Notes under the pieces: model-generated
Databases searched by the model: none
What the model was told of the DNA's origin: nothing
Seen by the model: the letters and a program-made list of their open reading frames with translations, nothing else
Position numbers and translations under genes: made by a program
Part shown: one piece after another, positions 42,081-55,343 of the stretch
Layout of the letters: each line of letters opens with the position of its first letter
Position numbering within the stretch: position 1 is the stretch's first letter
NCBI RefSeq assembly: GCF_009914755.1
Contig: NC_060928.1
Source: the human T2T-CHM13v2.0 reference genome, Homo sapiens
Direction: 5' to 3' (one strand)
DNA: 64,000 bases

Positions 42081-42479
42081 CAAATCAAAAGCTATATCAC
42101 CCTGGAAAACACATAATAGATGACGAAGACATCTATATTTCTCTGCCGTATTTTCTTTCTCATTTTATTTTCATTCTATGTTAACATTATTTTTTATTTT
42201 TATTTCCCATTTTCTGAAATCTCATCTTTAATTATCTAAATCAAGATTCCTGTGGAGAGTATAAAATAGGTAAGTCCTTGTCATTTCTTAAAATTCTTTA
42301 ATATTAGTTTTTGAGTGGCAGGTTTTTTAGAATTACGATATTGTTTATAATGTTTCTGTTTGTGTGTGTGTGTTTATTAGTTGTAGAAATATAACTCCAG
42401 TAAAGTGACTAAAATATGTTGTTTTCAATATATGATAACAAAGAATATTAGCTTAAGAATTGCAATATGATTAGTTACT

Positions 42480-42845
42480 GAAGTACATCAGTGACATGAT
42501 GCATTATTTGGTTACTATATTGTTTAAAAATACTTTTTGTCCTACCTTGGTGAAGGATTATTACTTCTGTGCCACATAAGCCTCCAGCTTGTTTATGGAA
42601 TTTGCTTTCATGAAAAACAGAAAGTGAGTGGAAATGACATGTATCACTTTGGAGCAGAAACTCCAGGATCCAGCACATAATTCACTATTTTCTCTTTTTA
42701 TTTTGCATGAGTACAAACATTGCCCAGATGGAAGTGAATCCATGTGCCTAGGTCCAGAGCAAAGACAATGAATTCATTTGGCCTGAGAGATTAGAGGATA
42801 GCTTTGTTTACTGTACCATAATCTTGACTATTCTGACTTAAATAA
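42480..42845 (+). mobile_element. Old MLT1 (MLT1J-like) LTR fragment
   Basis: cagaaagtgagtggaaatgacatgtatcactt and tttgtttactgtaccataatcttgactattctgact. Confidence 0.5.
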
Positions 42846-42939
42846 TTATTATGTTTAAATTTCAGGATTTCTCATACTTACTAATATTTTGTCAACAAAC
42901 ATCTAGCTCTTTATTTAAAAGGGGTTTTATTTAAAGCCT

Positions 42940-43440
42940 TCCAGTGTTTTCTAAAAACTTAGAATACAATCTAAATGCCTTAACTGAGATAACAAATTTA
43001 AAATGTTTGTGTTCCTGGCCTATGTCTGCCATGCCATATGGTAAAACTATTCCCCACTGGTACTACACTTCATCCTCACTGACCTTCTTTTTGTACCTGA
43101 AAAAAATACATCATGTGTGTTTCAAGCTCAGAACCTTTGTAACAGCTATCCCTTCTGCCTAAATTACAGTTACTCTGACCTAAATATGTCAGCTCCTTCC
43201 TGTCACTCAGATCTTATCTCAGACATACTTGAGAAAAGTATCTAAAGAATTCCCATTCTGTCAGAAACTCAATCTTAGAACTTTATTTTCCTCATGTCAC
43301 TACCATTATTTTGTTTAATTTGTGGTTTACCAAGTTATTTTATGTATGTTCTTCCTGATTTCTAAGGAACTAGAGGGCAAGTAGCATTTGTGGCCTGACA
43401 CAAAGTAAGTAAGCCATACATGCTTTTTGAATACATGGTT
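42940..43440 (+). mobile_element. L2 3' fragment
   Basis: ctcagaacctttgtaacagctatcccttctgcct...gcctgacacaaagtaagt. Confidence 0.6.
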
Positions 43441-43789
43441 GAGATGATATATGACACCATTTGCGTTAGATGAGTCTGACAGGGAACTCCTACTGTTAAT
43501 TCAGAAGAAACATAAAGGATATGACGGCAATTTCTATCATTGGCTGAATTTCCAAAGCTTTTGAGAGTAAGACTTTAAAAAGATCATCACTTGAATGAAT
43601 CTAGTATCATTTTCTCTAACTGTATCATCATCTGTAAATGTTCAGATGCAGATTAAAATGGGTGATAATACTGCTATTCTGTAGCAATTGAAAATTCATG
43701 TTTATAGTGCACTTTGAATTTTCAAATGCTGAGAAACATCTTTAGTTAGAGAAAATTGTGAATAAATTCAGCAGTAAAAATTTATGTGG

Positions 43790-44168
43790 TGCTATGGTTT
43801 GAATGTGTCTCTCAAAGATCATGTGTTGGTAACTTAATCCCAAATGCAACAGTGTTGAGAGGTGGAACCTTTAAGAGGTGATTAGGTTGTAATGACTATG
43901 CCATAATGAGTGGATTAATGTCATTATTACAGGAGTGGTTTTGTTACCTTCAGACTGGGTTTGTTATGAAAGTGAGTTCAGCCTTCTCTTGTTTTCTTGT
44001 CATGTGGTGTCTTTCACCATGTTTTGACACAGCGAGAAGGACCTCACCAGGTGCCATCCCTCAATCTTGGATTCCTAGCCTCCACAACTGTTGAGCCAAA
44101 TAAATTCTTGTTTATGAATTTCCCAGTCTGTGCTATTCTGTTGTAGCAGTACAGAATGGACTAAGACA
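43790..44168 (+). mobile_element. MaLR solo LTR (MSTD-like)
   Basis: tgctatggtttgaatgtgtc...atggactaagaca with near-TSD tgtgg/tatgg. Confidence 0.85.
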
Positions 44169-44859
44169 TATGGGTAAACTGTTTATTGTTCTAATTAATG
44201 AAGGCAGTTTACACAGGGGCATCTACAATGAAGCTCGATTGATTCTTAGTGTTCTGAAATTCTGCATCTCGTCTCTCAATTATGCAATTTAAAAATATCC
44301 ACTTTTCCATGTATAAATGCAAGTAGGAGGATTTAAATTCAGATGACAACAGACAGGCTGGGATTCAAAGAGAAAACCCTTGCATGATCCAAACCATGGC
44401 AGTTTAGGGTATAGTTGTTCAATTAGAGTACCTTTATGATTCATAAAAGGTGGTTTTAAAAGAAAATATTCTCTCAGCTCTTTCAGAGAGTTAACATAAA
44501 AACATTGTTTTATTAAACAAAGTTTACCTAATGGGAAAATTGCTTTCATAGAACTAAATATATTAAGCTAGTTATAACTTCTGAAGACAATGCAAGTTTA
44601 TAACTTTGTTACTTTACCAGGATTCATGTGACCTTTACATAATTAAGAGTGATAAATGTTAATTAAATAATTTGCTTATTGATGATTCCTTCCATTTTGT
44701 CCCTAACTTCTTTATAGCACTATTCTCCCAACACAAAGTATCCTTATTAGCTGAAGAAGGTAAATTTAACAAAAGACATGCAAGACTTTTACAGTTATAA
44801 CTACAAAAATATATCATAAATTCTAACTAAATTGTCCTATAAAGCCAATGCAGGTTTAA

Positions 44860-46400
44860 TCAAACTCTCAACAGGCTTTTTTATTGGTAGAATTTCGCTA
44901 TCTGATTCTAACATACATAGAGAAAGGGCAAAGGACCTATAACAGGCAGACTAATCTTTAGAAAAAGAGAGCGAGATTATAGGATTGGCATTATCAGATT
45001 TCGATACTTATTAAAAACTTATACTAATCAGGACACTATGGTATTGGAATAAAATTCAACAAAAATATTCATGACTCTGAATAAAAAGTCCAGAAGTAAC
45101 ACCCACATTTACAGAGTTCATTGCTTTTCAAATAAAGTGCCAAATAAATTCAACAGAGGAAAATAAAGTGTATTTTAAATAAATGATGTGAAACAACAGA
45201 AAAAAATTTATGGGAAAAACGTAAAAGTAAACTTCAACCCCTACCTCCCACTGCACACCATAGTTATTTTACAATGAGTGGTAGACATAAAAAGTAAAGC
45301 TAAAACTATAAATATCCTAGAAAAAACATAGAAGAATATTTATAAGGCCTTATAATAGTCAAGCATACCAGATTGAAAACACAAAATGTACTGTTAAAAG
45401 TAGCTGATTATCTGTACTTCATCGAATTAAACACTTCAGCTCATCAAAAGACAATACTTAAGAATGAAAAGGCAGGCTCAGAAAAGAAAATATATTTTTG
45501 TACATATGTCTTTCTAAGGAGTGGTATTCAAAATATGTAATATAACAAATCAATAATTAAAAAATTGCTCAATTAAAATTGACTGAGGAAGAGAAGAACA
45601 ACAGTTTACAAAAGAAGATATATGAATGGCCAATAGGTATTTAAAAACTCTTCAATATTAGCATTTGGAGATATCCAAATTAAAACTACAAGCCAGAAAC
45701 ACTGGAATGACAAAACTAAAAGGACTAAACCACCAAGAACTGGTTAGGGTACAGGGATACTGGAATCCTAATACTTTGCTAGGCATATTAAGTGGTTTTA
45801 CCATTCAGGAATAGAGTGTGTAGTTTCTTTAAAAAGTTAAACATGCAGCTGCCCCATGAGCTGGCAATTTCATTTCTAGGTTTTTAGTCTAGAGGAATGA
45901 AGACGTGTGTACAACGAAAGACATGTTCACAAAGTCAATGTAATTAGGAGCTAAACACTAAAAATTTGGGTAACTAAATTGTGTAAACACTGAAACAACC
46001 AATCATCCTCAACATGGTAATGAATAAGTGCTTTGTGGTACATTCTTGCAATTGAATATTATTTTTAAAAATAAACAAATATCACATGGAACAACATAGA
46101 TGGATCTCAGAAATATCATATTTAACAGAAGAGGCCAAACCCAAAAGACCACTGTGGGATTCCATTACATGAATATCAACAAGAGGAAACTCTAACTTAC
46201 GACGATGAGAACAAGAACAGCAATGTCGGTGGGCATTGGGATTAGAAGGGATACAGGAACAAAGACATTTTCTGGAATTAGAAAAATCTTTTATATATTT
46301 TTTCTATTGTTGATTTCATTTGTTTGTCAGCATCAATCAAATTTATACTCTGTACTTCACAGTATGTAAAATTTATCACAATAACGAATGAACAAATAAA
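44860..46400 (+). mobile_element. Old L1M (MC/MD/ME) ORF2 end and 3'UTR
   Basis: Decayed L1 motifs (ggacactatggtattgg, aaaagaagatatatgaatggccaata, acaacatagatggatctcag). Confidence 0.75.
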
Positions 46401-47161
46401 AATGGGTTATTCAAGGATTGGATCATTTAAGCTACTTTAAGCCAGCATAAGTAACAGATTTTATTTAAGAAAATAATTAGAAGGTGCTGGGGGCTTTTAA
46501 GCAGTACTATAATGTGTTGATTTATATTTTGAAGGCATCCTTCAGACATGTGTGCTCTCATTTCCTACTCTCATTGTGAAAAGTGTTGTGAAAAGCTAAA
46601 ATTTTAGCAAAAATGTGTTTATGTCTTCCAGAAAAAATAGTGTTAATTCTAATTTCTTATCTGCTTTACCAGTAGAATGCAGAAATAAATTTTGCTATTA
46701 AAAATCAGATTTGTTTTGGGTTTCCTGTCAGGTAAAGGGGATTTACTGATTTCTCCCATTAGACACTACTCTTTTACTCCAAAACCTCACGATAAAATTC
46801 CAAACAAAGTACCTCAGAGGAACAATAGAGACTCTAAATCTTTTAACTTAGTGTTAAAGAGCAAAGTTGCTCAAGGAACGGCATCCTTACATAAGATTTC
46901 ACCCAGGTGATTATTATTAATTCATTTTTATTCTGAACATTTTATATATTTCTTTCAGGAAATTATTGATTAAAAAAATGAGTTTTTTTAAATAACTGGA
47001 AATTCATTATCAGTGAATATCTCAAAGGCATGAAGATAAATTTATTAATTAGAAGCCAGAGGCCTGAAATTTTTATGCAACATTCTAACTATAATGGGCA
47101 GATTCCTCTCTTACCTCTCAATCTACTTCTTCCATTCATTTTTTAAAAATTCTTAATCTCC

Positions 47162-47602
47162 TATATTATGTAACTTTTCTGTTGTAACAAATTAAGTCTA
47201 GCTGGGTGGCTTAGAAAAACAGAAATTTATTTTCTTACAGTTCTGGAGGCCAAATGTCCTCAGGATCACACTTTCCTTGGAGGCTCTATGAGAGAATCCA
47301 TTCTTTGCCTCTTCCAGCTCCTGTCACTGTGGGGATTCCTTGACTTGTGCCACATCAGTCCAGGCTCTGCCTCTGTGGTCACACTGCTTCCTCCTCTTCT
47401 GTATATCTTCTCCTTTATGTGTCTCTTATGAGAACACTTGCATTGGATTTAGGACCCACACTGATCATCTAAGATCATCTCCTCATTTCAAAATCCTTTA
47501 ATTACCTTTTGTCTGTTTGTTTTTGATATAAGGTAACATTCGCAGGTTCTGAGGATTAAGACAGAAGCATATCTTTTGGAGGGCCACTATTTAATCTACT
47601 AC
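47162..47602 (-). mobile_element. MLT1C/D-like MaLR LTR
   Basis: acagaaatttattttcttacagttctggaggcc...ggccactatttaatctactaca. Confidence 0.75.
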
Positions 47603-47773
47603 ATATGTTAATTAATATCCAATAAGCATTGTCTTGTGCTCAGCACCATTTGAATCTGCATGAGAAGACATAAAATAATTGTCATATGCATACCTTCTTG
47701 ATTTATATTATAGCTCAATCTCAAATTGAGAACAGGTAAATGACTAACAAATTTTAATTATCTGTAAAACTGG

Positions 47774-48151
47774 TGTGTTAGTCTGTTCTCATGCTACTAT
47801 AAGAATATACCTGAGACTGCATAATTTATAAAGTAAAGAGGTGTAATTGACTCACAGTTCAGCATGAGTGGGAAGGCCTCACAAACTTACAATCATGGCA
47901 AAAGGTGAAGCAAACATGTCCTTCTTCATAGGGCAGCAGGAAGGGGATGAATGAGAGCTGAGCATAGGGGTAAGCCCCTTATAAAATCATTGGATCTTGT
48001 GAGAACTCATTCACTATCAGGAGAACAGCATGGAGGAAACCACTCCCATGATTCAAATGCCTCCCACTAGGTCCCTCCTACAATACATTGGGGATTATAT
48101 GAACTGCAATTCAAGATGAGATTTGGGTGGGGACACAGCCATACTGTATCA
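47774..48151 (-). mobile_element. THE1(C/D)-like solo LTR inserted in a MIR
   Basis: tgtgttagtctgttctcatgct...gggacacagccatactgtatca with a perfect TSD ACTGG. The flanks rejoin as MIR-like atctgtaaaactgg-gatac...tctacctca. Confidence 0.9.
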
Positions 48152-48426
48152 ACTGGGATACCTATTATCTACCTCAAACATTATTTTGACAGTTAAATAA
48201 GAACAACAAAGTAATCTGCCAGCACATATTAATCACTAAATGTATTTTAGCTATTAGTTATTAATTTGTTTAACAAAAGACATATTCACTAATTTTAAGA
48301 AACTTTTACCTTATCACATCTATATTAGAGGAAAGAAGGTATAATGCAGAATATTCCCAGCTTACGTGGTACATATTTGGAGGTTGTGGTCTCATCGTGG
48401 AAGCAATTCACCATCCTTGCTATTTT

Positions 48427-48495
48427 TGTTTCTGTTATACCGATAAAATGTTGCTTGTGTTTCTGTTATACCGATAAAATGTTGCTTGTGTTTCT
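48427..48495. repeat. Perfect 31-bp tandem duplication
   Basis: tgtttctgttataccgataaaatgttgcttg twice, followed by tgtttct. Confidence 0.95.
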
Positions 48496-49176
48496 TGCTT
48501 GATATCACCAAGCAACTGAGGGAAGTAGATAAGAAATAAGTGGTTTGAGAGAGATAGCCTGGGATTTAAAGTTTCACATTAATCAATGGCATAGGAGATC
48601 ATCTATCAGCATGTTTTTCCCTCTCTGTCCTACTTCCACTTACCTCCCTTCTTTCTTTCTACCATAACTGTCCCACAGGCAGTCTAGCAAAAGATTGATT
48701 GTTGAAAAAAAGAAAAAACAATAAAGTAAAATAATAAAGTCCAAATAAACCAAAATAGACTTATCTTTCCCCAACAACAGATTTCTGGGTTCATAATTCC
48801 TCCTCATTCTACTATGAGTCGCATTGAGGGATGCTCACAGCAGGGGGATGCTGGCAACCACCCAGCTCTCTCCATAGCATGTTTACCAACACTAAGTTGT
48901 ACTTACTTTAAGCCCTAATTTGCCTGAATAACCATTGTGAAGATAAAAAAAACTAATGTAAAACAAAGATGGTTGTTTTTAAAAAAATGATGTTGAAATG
49001 TTTAACATTAGATAAATGTAAGTATGTCATTTAAAATTGCTTTAAAAATAGTTGTGGACAAGACAACAATAAGGGATTGGGTGGATTAATTGTAAACATC
49101 TCATAAATCCAGCACCCAGGATATAATTTGCTTCACAAATATTATATCTTTATTCCCTTTAAAAATTGAAACTGGA

Positions 49177-49367
49177 GGCCGGGCGTGGTGGCTTACACGT
49201 GTAATCCCAGCACTTTGGGAGGCCGAGGTGGGCAGATCACAAGGTCAGGAGATCAAGACCATCCTGGCTAACACAGTGAAACCTCGTCTCTCTACTAAAA
49301 ATACAAAAAAATTAGCTGGATGTGGTGGTGGGCGCCTGTAGTCCCAGCTACTAGGGACTACAGAATA
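49177..49367 (+). mobile_element. AluY-like element lacking most of the right arm
   Basis: Left arm, linker and ~40 nt of right arm. TSD aaaaattgaaactgga (49161-49176) / aaaagttgaaactgga (49368-49383). Confidence 0.92.
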
Positions 49368-49504
49368 AAAAGTTGAAACTGGAAACTGCAACTTAAGACA
49401 GAAAAAAAAAAAACCACAGACACACAAAAGACATTTTGAAATTCCAGTCAGTGAACTCAAATTGAAGAAAAGATTCATTCCTTCTATATTAAGAGATTAT
49501 CTAG

Positions 49505-49927
49505 TGTATTAGTTTCTGAGAGCTGCCAAAAACTGGGTAGCTTAAAACAATGGAAGTATGTGTTCACAGTTCCAGAGGTTCAAAGTCTGAAATCAAGGTA
49601 ATGAACTGGCAGGATTGCTTCCTTTTTGGAGACTCTGAGGAAACATCTGCTCCATATCTCTCTTGTAGCTTCTGGTGATTATGAGCGGTCCTTAGTGTTC
49701 CTTGGCTGGTAAATGAATTGCTTCATTCTCTGCCTCCTCCTTTTCATGGTCTTCTCTTTTTGTGTGTCTGAATTTCCATCTTCTTATAAGGGCATTAATC
49801 ATTAGAGAATCCCCTATGATCTTATCTTAATAAGATGACATCTTAAAGATCCTATTTCTAAATAAGGTCACAGTCACAGGTTTCAGGTCTACCTGAATTA
49901 TGAGGGGACACTATTCAACACAGTACA
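49505..49927 (-). mobile_element. MLT1B/C-like MaLR LTR
   Basis: tgtattagtttctgagagctgcc...ctgggtagcttaaaacaa...ggggacactattcaacacagtaca. Confidence 0.8.
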
Positions 49928-51099
49928 GCTAATAATACCACTTCATTTCTTCATCTGTCAAGCTGCTATAAGGGAGGTGGAAAGAATCAGTACAATTTAT
50001 GGTTAAATTGGTTTCAGGCTTTGTTGCGGATTTAGTTACATATAAGTCTGACAGGACTCTCATTTCACCACTTGCTCAAAATTTTTTTTTGACTTTGAGA
50101 TAAGAATATTTATTTCAGGATAGCTTGGGATCTGAGCATTGGCCTCTTTGTTTTACAGTTCAGTAGACAACTTTCTGAACTGTGGGAGATCTACTTCTGC
50201 CTTATAGTCTGATATCCAGCCTTCCAAATGACTGTGAAGTTCTCTTTTCTTTTCAGCCCGGCCCATGGCTTTTCACTTTTGTGGGATTTTTCTCCACCCT
50301 GCTGCATTAATCCTAGCCCACAGAGGGCCACTACTTTGAACTAAATAAAGATCTGTGTGCAATGTGGAAATTTCTCTTCACTACCCTACCCTCCTACCAG
50401 CCTCCCTACATTTGTCTGCATTTGGTGAAAGTCTTCTGTACCTCCAGGGAATCTTTCACAACCCTTTTACCTGCTCCTGTCCTTCAGCAACAGGGTGGTG
50501 ACAACATGCTCAGTGAAGGCTCTGTCATCTTGAGGATTTTCCCCAACCCTCTTTCCCTGCCTCCAATCTTCAGGTCACTACTTCCATGTACATTAGTATA
50601 CGGAAGTTATAACCTTGTGTATCTGAGAGAATACTTTTTGATTTCCTATGCTCTGCTCCTAGTCGGCTGAGTAACTGGTGAAGGCCCCATGCTTCTGTGG
50701 AGTGTGCTCTCTGCCACACTGTTTTTCCCACACTATAAAACACACTACTATTATCCACTCAGTGAAGGCTTTGTGTGAAACAACTGGAAGAGAAACAGAT
50801 ACTGAGACTCCTTGGAAAACTATTAGTTATGCCAGAGCATACACAGCCATTACAATTCTTTAACAGTTATTCTGGGTTTTTCTTATGCTATCCTATGACA
50901 GGTTCACTCTCTTTTTACTATATGTACAAAGATAAAAGCAACTGTGTGTTCTTCTCTCCAAGGACAGGCTCCTGCCTCAATGAAATATAATTCATCTAGA
51001 TTTCTTCTATTCATCATAAGTTCTCTGATGGGTTTAAAAATAAAGCATCATAGTTTTTGTAGCTTATTCAGCTTATCTTGTTACACCATAAACTTTTTC

Positions 51100-52120
51100 T
51101 TAAATAGGACAAAAAAGCTCTAACTGTAAAGAAAATATTAATAAGTGTTAACTTCATTGGAATAAAATACTTCTGTTTATCAAAAGATTCCATGAAGAAT
51201 GTAAAAATGCTATCCATGAGTAGAAGAAATTTGTATACATGTAAACAAAAAAAACGTATATCCAAAATTTGTAAATTCCTTCTACAAATCAATCAGCAAA
51301 TTGCAGACAATAAGGAGGAAAAAAGAAAAACCAGTCAAAAGATTTTTTAAAAGGTTGTTCCCAAAAGAGAATAAACAAATGGTCAATAAGAATTTAAAAT
51401 GTGTTATATCATACTGCATCTTTCATTAGGGAAAAGCAAGTTAAAACCACAATATGAACTGCACAATGCACTTCAAACCCACTAGGGCGGTAAAATTAAA
51501 GAGCCTAACATAATCAAATATTGGCCAAGGTGTGGAGCAACTGGAATTCCATACACTGCTGAGAAGCAAACATTTTGAAATACTATTTAGCAATATCTGC
51601 TAAAGCTTAATATATGTGTACCCTATGATATGTCCACTTAATTCTTAGGTATATAACCAACAGAATTGTGTACACATATTCCCTGAGCTACATGTACAAG
51701 AATTTTTATAGCAGCCCTGGTTTTAATTGTCAAAAAGTGGAAGCAACCCAAATAAACTTGAAGAGCAGATAATGACAAATTGTGGTATAAACATACAATG
51801 GAATATTGTAGAGCAAAAAGAATAAAGTATTGCCACACCCAACATGGGTGCATCTCACAGATGTCGTGTTAATTGAAGTCAGATACAAAAGATTTTATTT
51901 TTACGAAGAGAAACAACAGGCAAAATAAATATAGGATGATATAAATCATGATAACAGTTTTCTTGGTTAGTTATTGAATGGGGGTATATATGTAAGAGGT
52001 AACTTGGTCTGCTCCAAAATACTATCAATGTAGGTAGTATATATAGAGGTGTAAGCATTCATTAAACCATACACTCAAAATTTGAGCACTTAATGTATAT
52101 TATGTTTTGATTATTTTTAA
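51100..52120 (+). mobile_element. Old L1ME/MD 3' fragment
   Basis: aaggtgtggagcaactggaattccatacactgctg, tgtacaagaatttttatagcagc, gtggtataaacatacaatggaatatt. Confidence 0.75.
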
Positions 52121-53247
52121 GTGGCAGAACTGAACCTCAAATCTATAAAATCTCCCTCAACAGGATCAAACTCTGCTGCTTCTTCACCAAGGTAAAATTA
52201 TTAAGAGATTTGTCTTTTCTTTTTTCATGTAATTAATATTTATTTTGACATCAAAAAGTCAGTCTTCTTGTATTTGAATAACGTGATTTAGTTATTTAAT
52301 ACGAAAACAAAAACTCCACATCACCACAGATGAGCAGATGCCTCAGGGCGAATGCCAGTTTTAGTCCTTTCTTAACCTTTCAGGTTACATTTATCATAAT
52401 TTCTTGACCTCTAAAGTTTCTGTCTTACTTCCTAACAGTTCAATTATGCATTTAAAAGGACATGTTAAATACACTATCCAGATTGTTAGATGTTCTGTCC
52501 AGGAATAGTTTATCCAGACACTGAGCATACCAGATTGCCAGAATGATTTTAAATCTCATTGAATTTTTCAAAGAAATTATTTCATATTTGTCTCTCGTTT
52601 CATGTTCGTGGCATGTCAATTCCCTAGTTTTCATCTTACATATTTTATAACTTCTGATTGTGAATTCATTTTCAGTGAGAATTATTTTCTATAGACATTC
52701 CCCAAATCCAGTCTGTATTTCAAGCTGCTTTTGTGAGAGCCCTCCGAGTTTCAACTGTTCAGAACCAGCTTTATGTCAATTTCTTGGCTCGCTGTTTCAT
52801 GATAACAGGGCTAGCATTATATTAGTTAGGCCCTTCAGCAAAGTGAGTCAAGCTTGAGGTTCAATTACCTTCTTGATGGCACTTCATCCTTGCATACCCC
52901 TGCTTAGATTGCTACCTTTCTGCACCTTCCCAATGCCAGTAGGCAGTTGTTCTGGTTGCTATTCCTAGATGAAATAATCAGTAGAGCCCTGACTTATCCA
53001 GGGGTTGTACCTGTTCCCCATATTGCACAAGCCATTATTCCTTCTTTCTGTTTGACCATTAAAACCTCTATCTCTAAGACTTTACATTGGTTCTTATAGC
53101 CTTGTATGTTTTCTGCTTTGGCTCACATTCACCAAATATTCTTCTACTTTCTTTCCAGTTTCTAAAAATTGTTCATTCCTTTTTTATTTGAAAAGCCAAC
53201 TGTAGAATTTAAAAGGATTACATTATACTTGTGATATATGTACATGG

Positions 53248-53272
53248 TGTGTGTGTGTGTGTGTGTGTGTGT
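53248..53272. repeat. (TG)n microsatellite
   Basis: Seen directly. Confidence 0.95.
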
Positions 53273-54935
53273 ATTTGTGATGGGCAGGGTTGTCTTTCTA
53301 CATCAGGTCAGTTCATCATATTAACCAGAATTTTATTATACTTAACAATTTGAAAAAAACAGAAGATATTTATTTTTTAGAAGCAACTTAACTGGATTTC
53401 CAGAATCTTCTTTATTTATATAAATACAATCTGCTTCTAACTCAAGCATTTTACTAGTTTCAAATTTACGCATTATTTGGGACAAGTCCCAAGATTGCTG
53501 GGCTATTCATCTGTGCCATTTACTTTCTATTAATTGTAGAATACACTTCTTAAAATTCTGGATACTTTAGAATATTCATTGAGTAGCTTTTGTTTGTAAT
53601 TTGCATGGATGTTTATACAGAAAACTTATAAGGGCACACATTTAAGTACAACAATATTATTTGAAAATCTTTGATTTCCCAAATCAGTTCCTATGAAACA
53701 GAAGCCACCTGCTCTGTAGCCAGCAGACAAACTCAGCTAATGATCCAGTGATTTTTTATTATTTTATTAAAATTCTAGCCACTGTTGCTTCTAGTCTTCC
53801 TCTTTGATGTGCACAGACATCCTCACAGACAAGCTCACCCAACTTGTCTTGTTAAAACACAAGGTCCCACAGCACATCCAAGCTTCTCTTTCATGCAGAA
53901 TGCAATATATACATGTGTCTTTTTCTATCTAAGACACATTCTTTTCTCTCTTTCCTTAAAACATAACACAGTCACTTCCCTCGAGGTATTCTGTTTGTCT
54001 CTACCCACCCAACTCTGTAAAGATCAGATAATTTTACTAGCATCTGGTGCCCCATCATGTGAAGTGCTCAGTTATTTATTGGGCTTTGTTCTATTTAGTC
54101 TGGAACTTTATATTCACTAGGATGACATCTCATATATCAGGATTAGTAGTCTTTAAACTTCAAACGATGAGCAGAGTTTTAGTGTCACTTTCCTTAGACT
54201 GAGAGGCTGGTCTAATCTTTGTATATCCTGAAATACCTATTTCCTGTGTTTTGTTAATCTTAATAGCAAAAGTTTTCTAAATGATTTACGGAATTTATTT
54301 ATGTTAGCAGCTGATCTTTAAATTTTTGCAACATAGTATGTAGAACCTTTTCAAAGACTAGATTTATTTGCTTTAGATAAGTTGTACCATTGAAGGACCT
54401 TATTATTGACTACTGTAAAAAGTAATAGTATACTATACCACTTAGGAAATTTTACAATTAGAATTTTGAGAAAAAGCAATTTTGCAGCATAAATAGCAGC
54501 AATGCTCCAAACCAAGCAGGTCATTCTATTTGGGAAATTTATTTTTGTCTGCTGAAAAATATAAATAGGATTTCCACAGTTTCATTATTTGTTAGTGAAA
54601 GATCATATTGTGATATGTATGAGTCCATATAGTCCAACACACAGCACACTTCATCTATTCCTAGCTCTTCATTTTGTTTACTTCAGGCTAGATTAAGAGT
54701 TTGGGAATGAATATATCTCAATCTCAGAAAAAAAAGTCATCAGAGATTAAATTTCTCAATATAATCCAAAACAAACAGACATTTTTAAAGAGAAAACGTT
54801 ACTTAACTTCCAGAGTAAAATACATACTGCTTTAAACAGTATGTCCTGTTAGAAAAGGAGTTTCTACTTAAAACCGTTGTCAAATCTGGAATTTAATAAT
54901 ATCTTGTTTTCATCTCCAGAGTGTAGTATTGATAG

Positions 54936-55330
54936 TGATAAAAGAAAAACTTCAGCCTAATTAAATTTAAAGGTGTTTAATTGATCAATGAATGATTTGC
55001 AAATCAGGCAGCCATCTGAGCCAGAGTAGGCTCAGACTTCAGCTCAGCCCCGTGGTGGAAGAAGATTTATGGACAGAAAAAGAAAAGTAACCTATAGAAA
55101 ATGGGAGTGAGGTACAAAAACAGCTGGGTTGGTTACAGCTCAGCATTTGCCTTATTTGAACATTTTGAACAGTTGGCTACCTTTGATTGGTCAAAACTCA
55201 GTGATTGGCACAAGTGTAGGCTATGGTCTGTTTACACCTCCACTTGTTATAGTTCACGATGTACAGAAAAACCTTTAGGCTGAACTTAAATTATGTAAGG
55301 AGGCGGCTTTAGGCTAAACTTGATTTAATA
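54936..55330 (-). repeat. 3' LTR (MER57A-like)
   Basis: Minus strand reads tattaaatcaagtttagcctaaagccgcctccttaca...gaagtttttcttttatca. By hand count it differs ~17% from the other LTR. Confidence 0.9.
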
Positions 55331-55343
55331 ATTCCCCCCTTTT
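55331..55343 (-). promoter_or_regulatory. Polypurine tract
   Basis: Minus strand aaaaggggggaat directly abutting the 3' LTR. Confidence 0.85.

Noticed and set aside
50000-51070. Moderately GC-richer block with several short ORFs
   Set aside because: Probably a decayed L1M 5' region. I could neither assign it confidently nor find coding signal.
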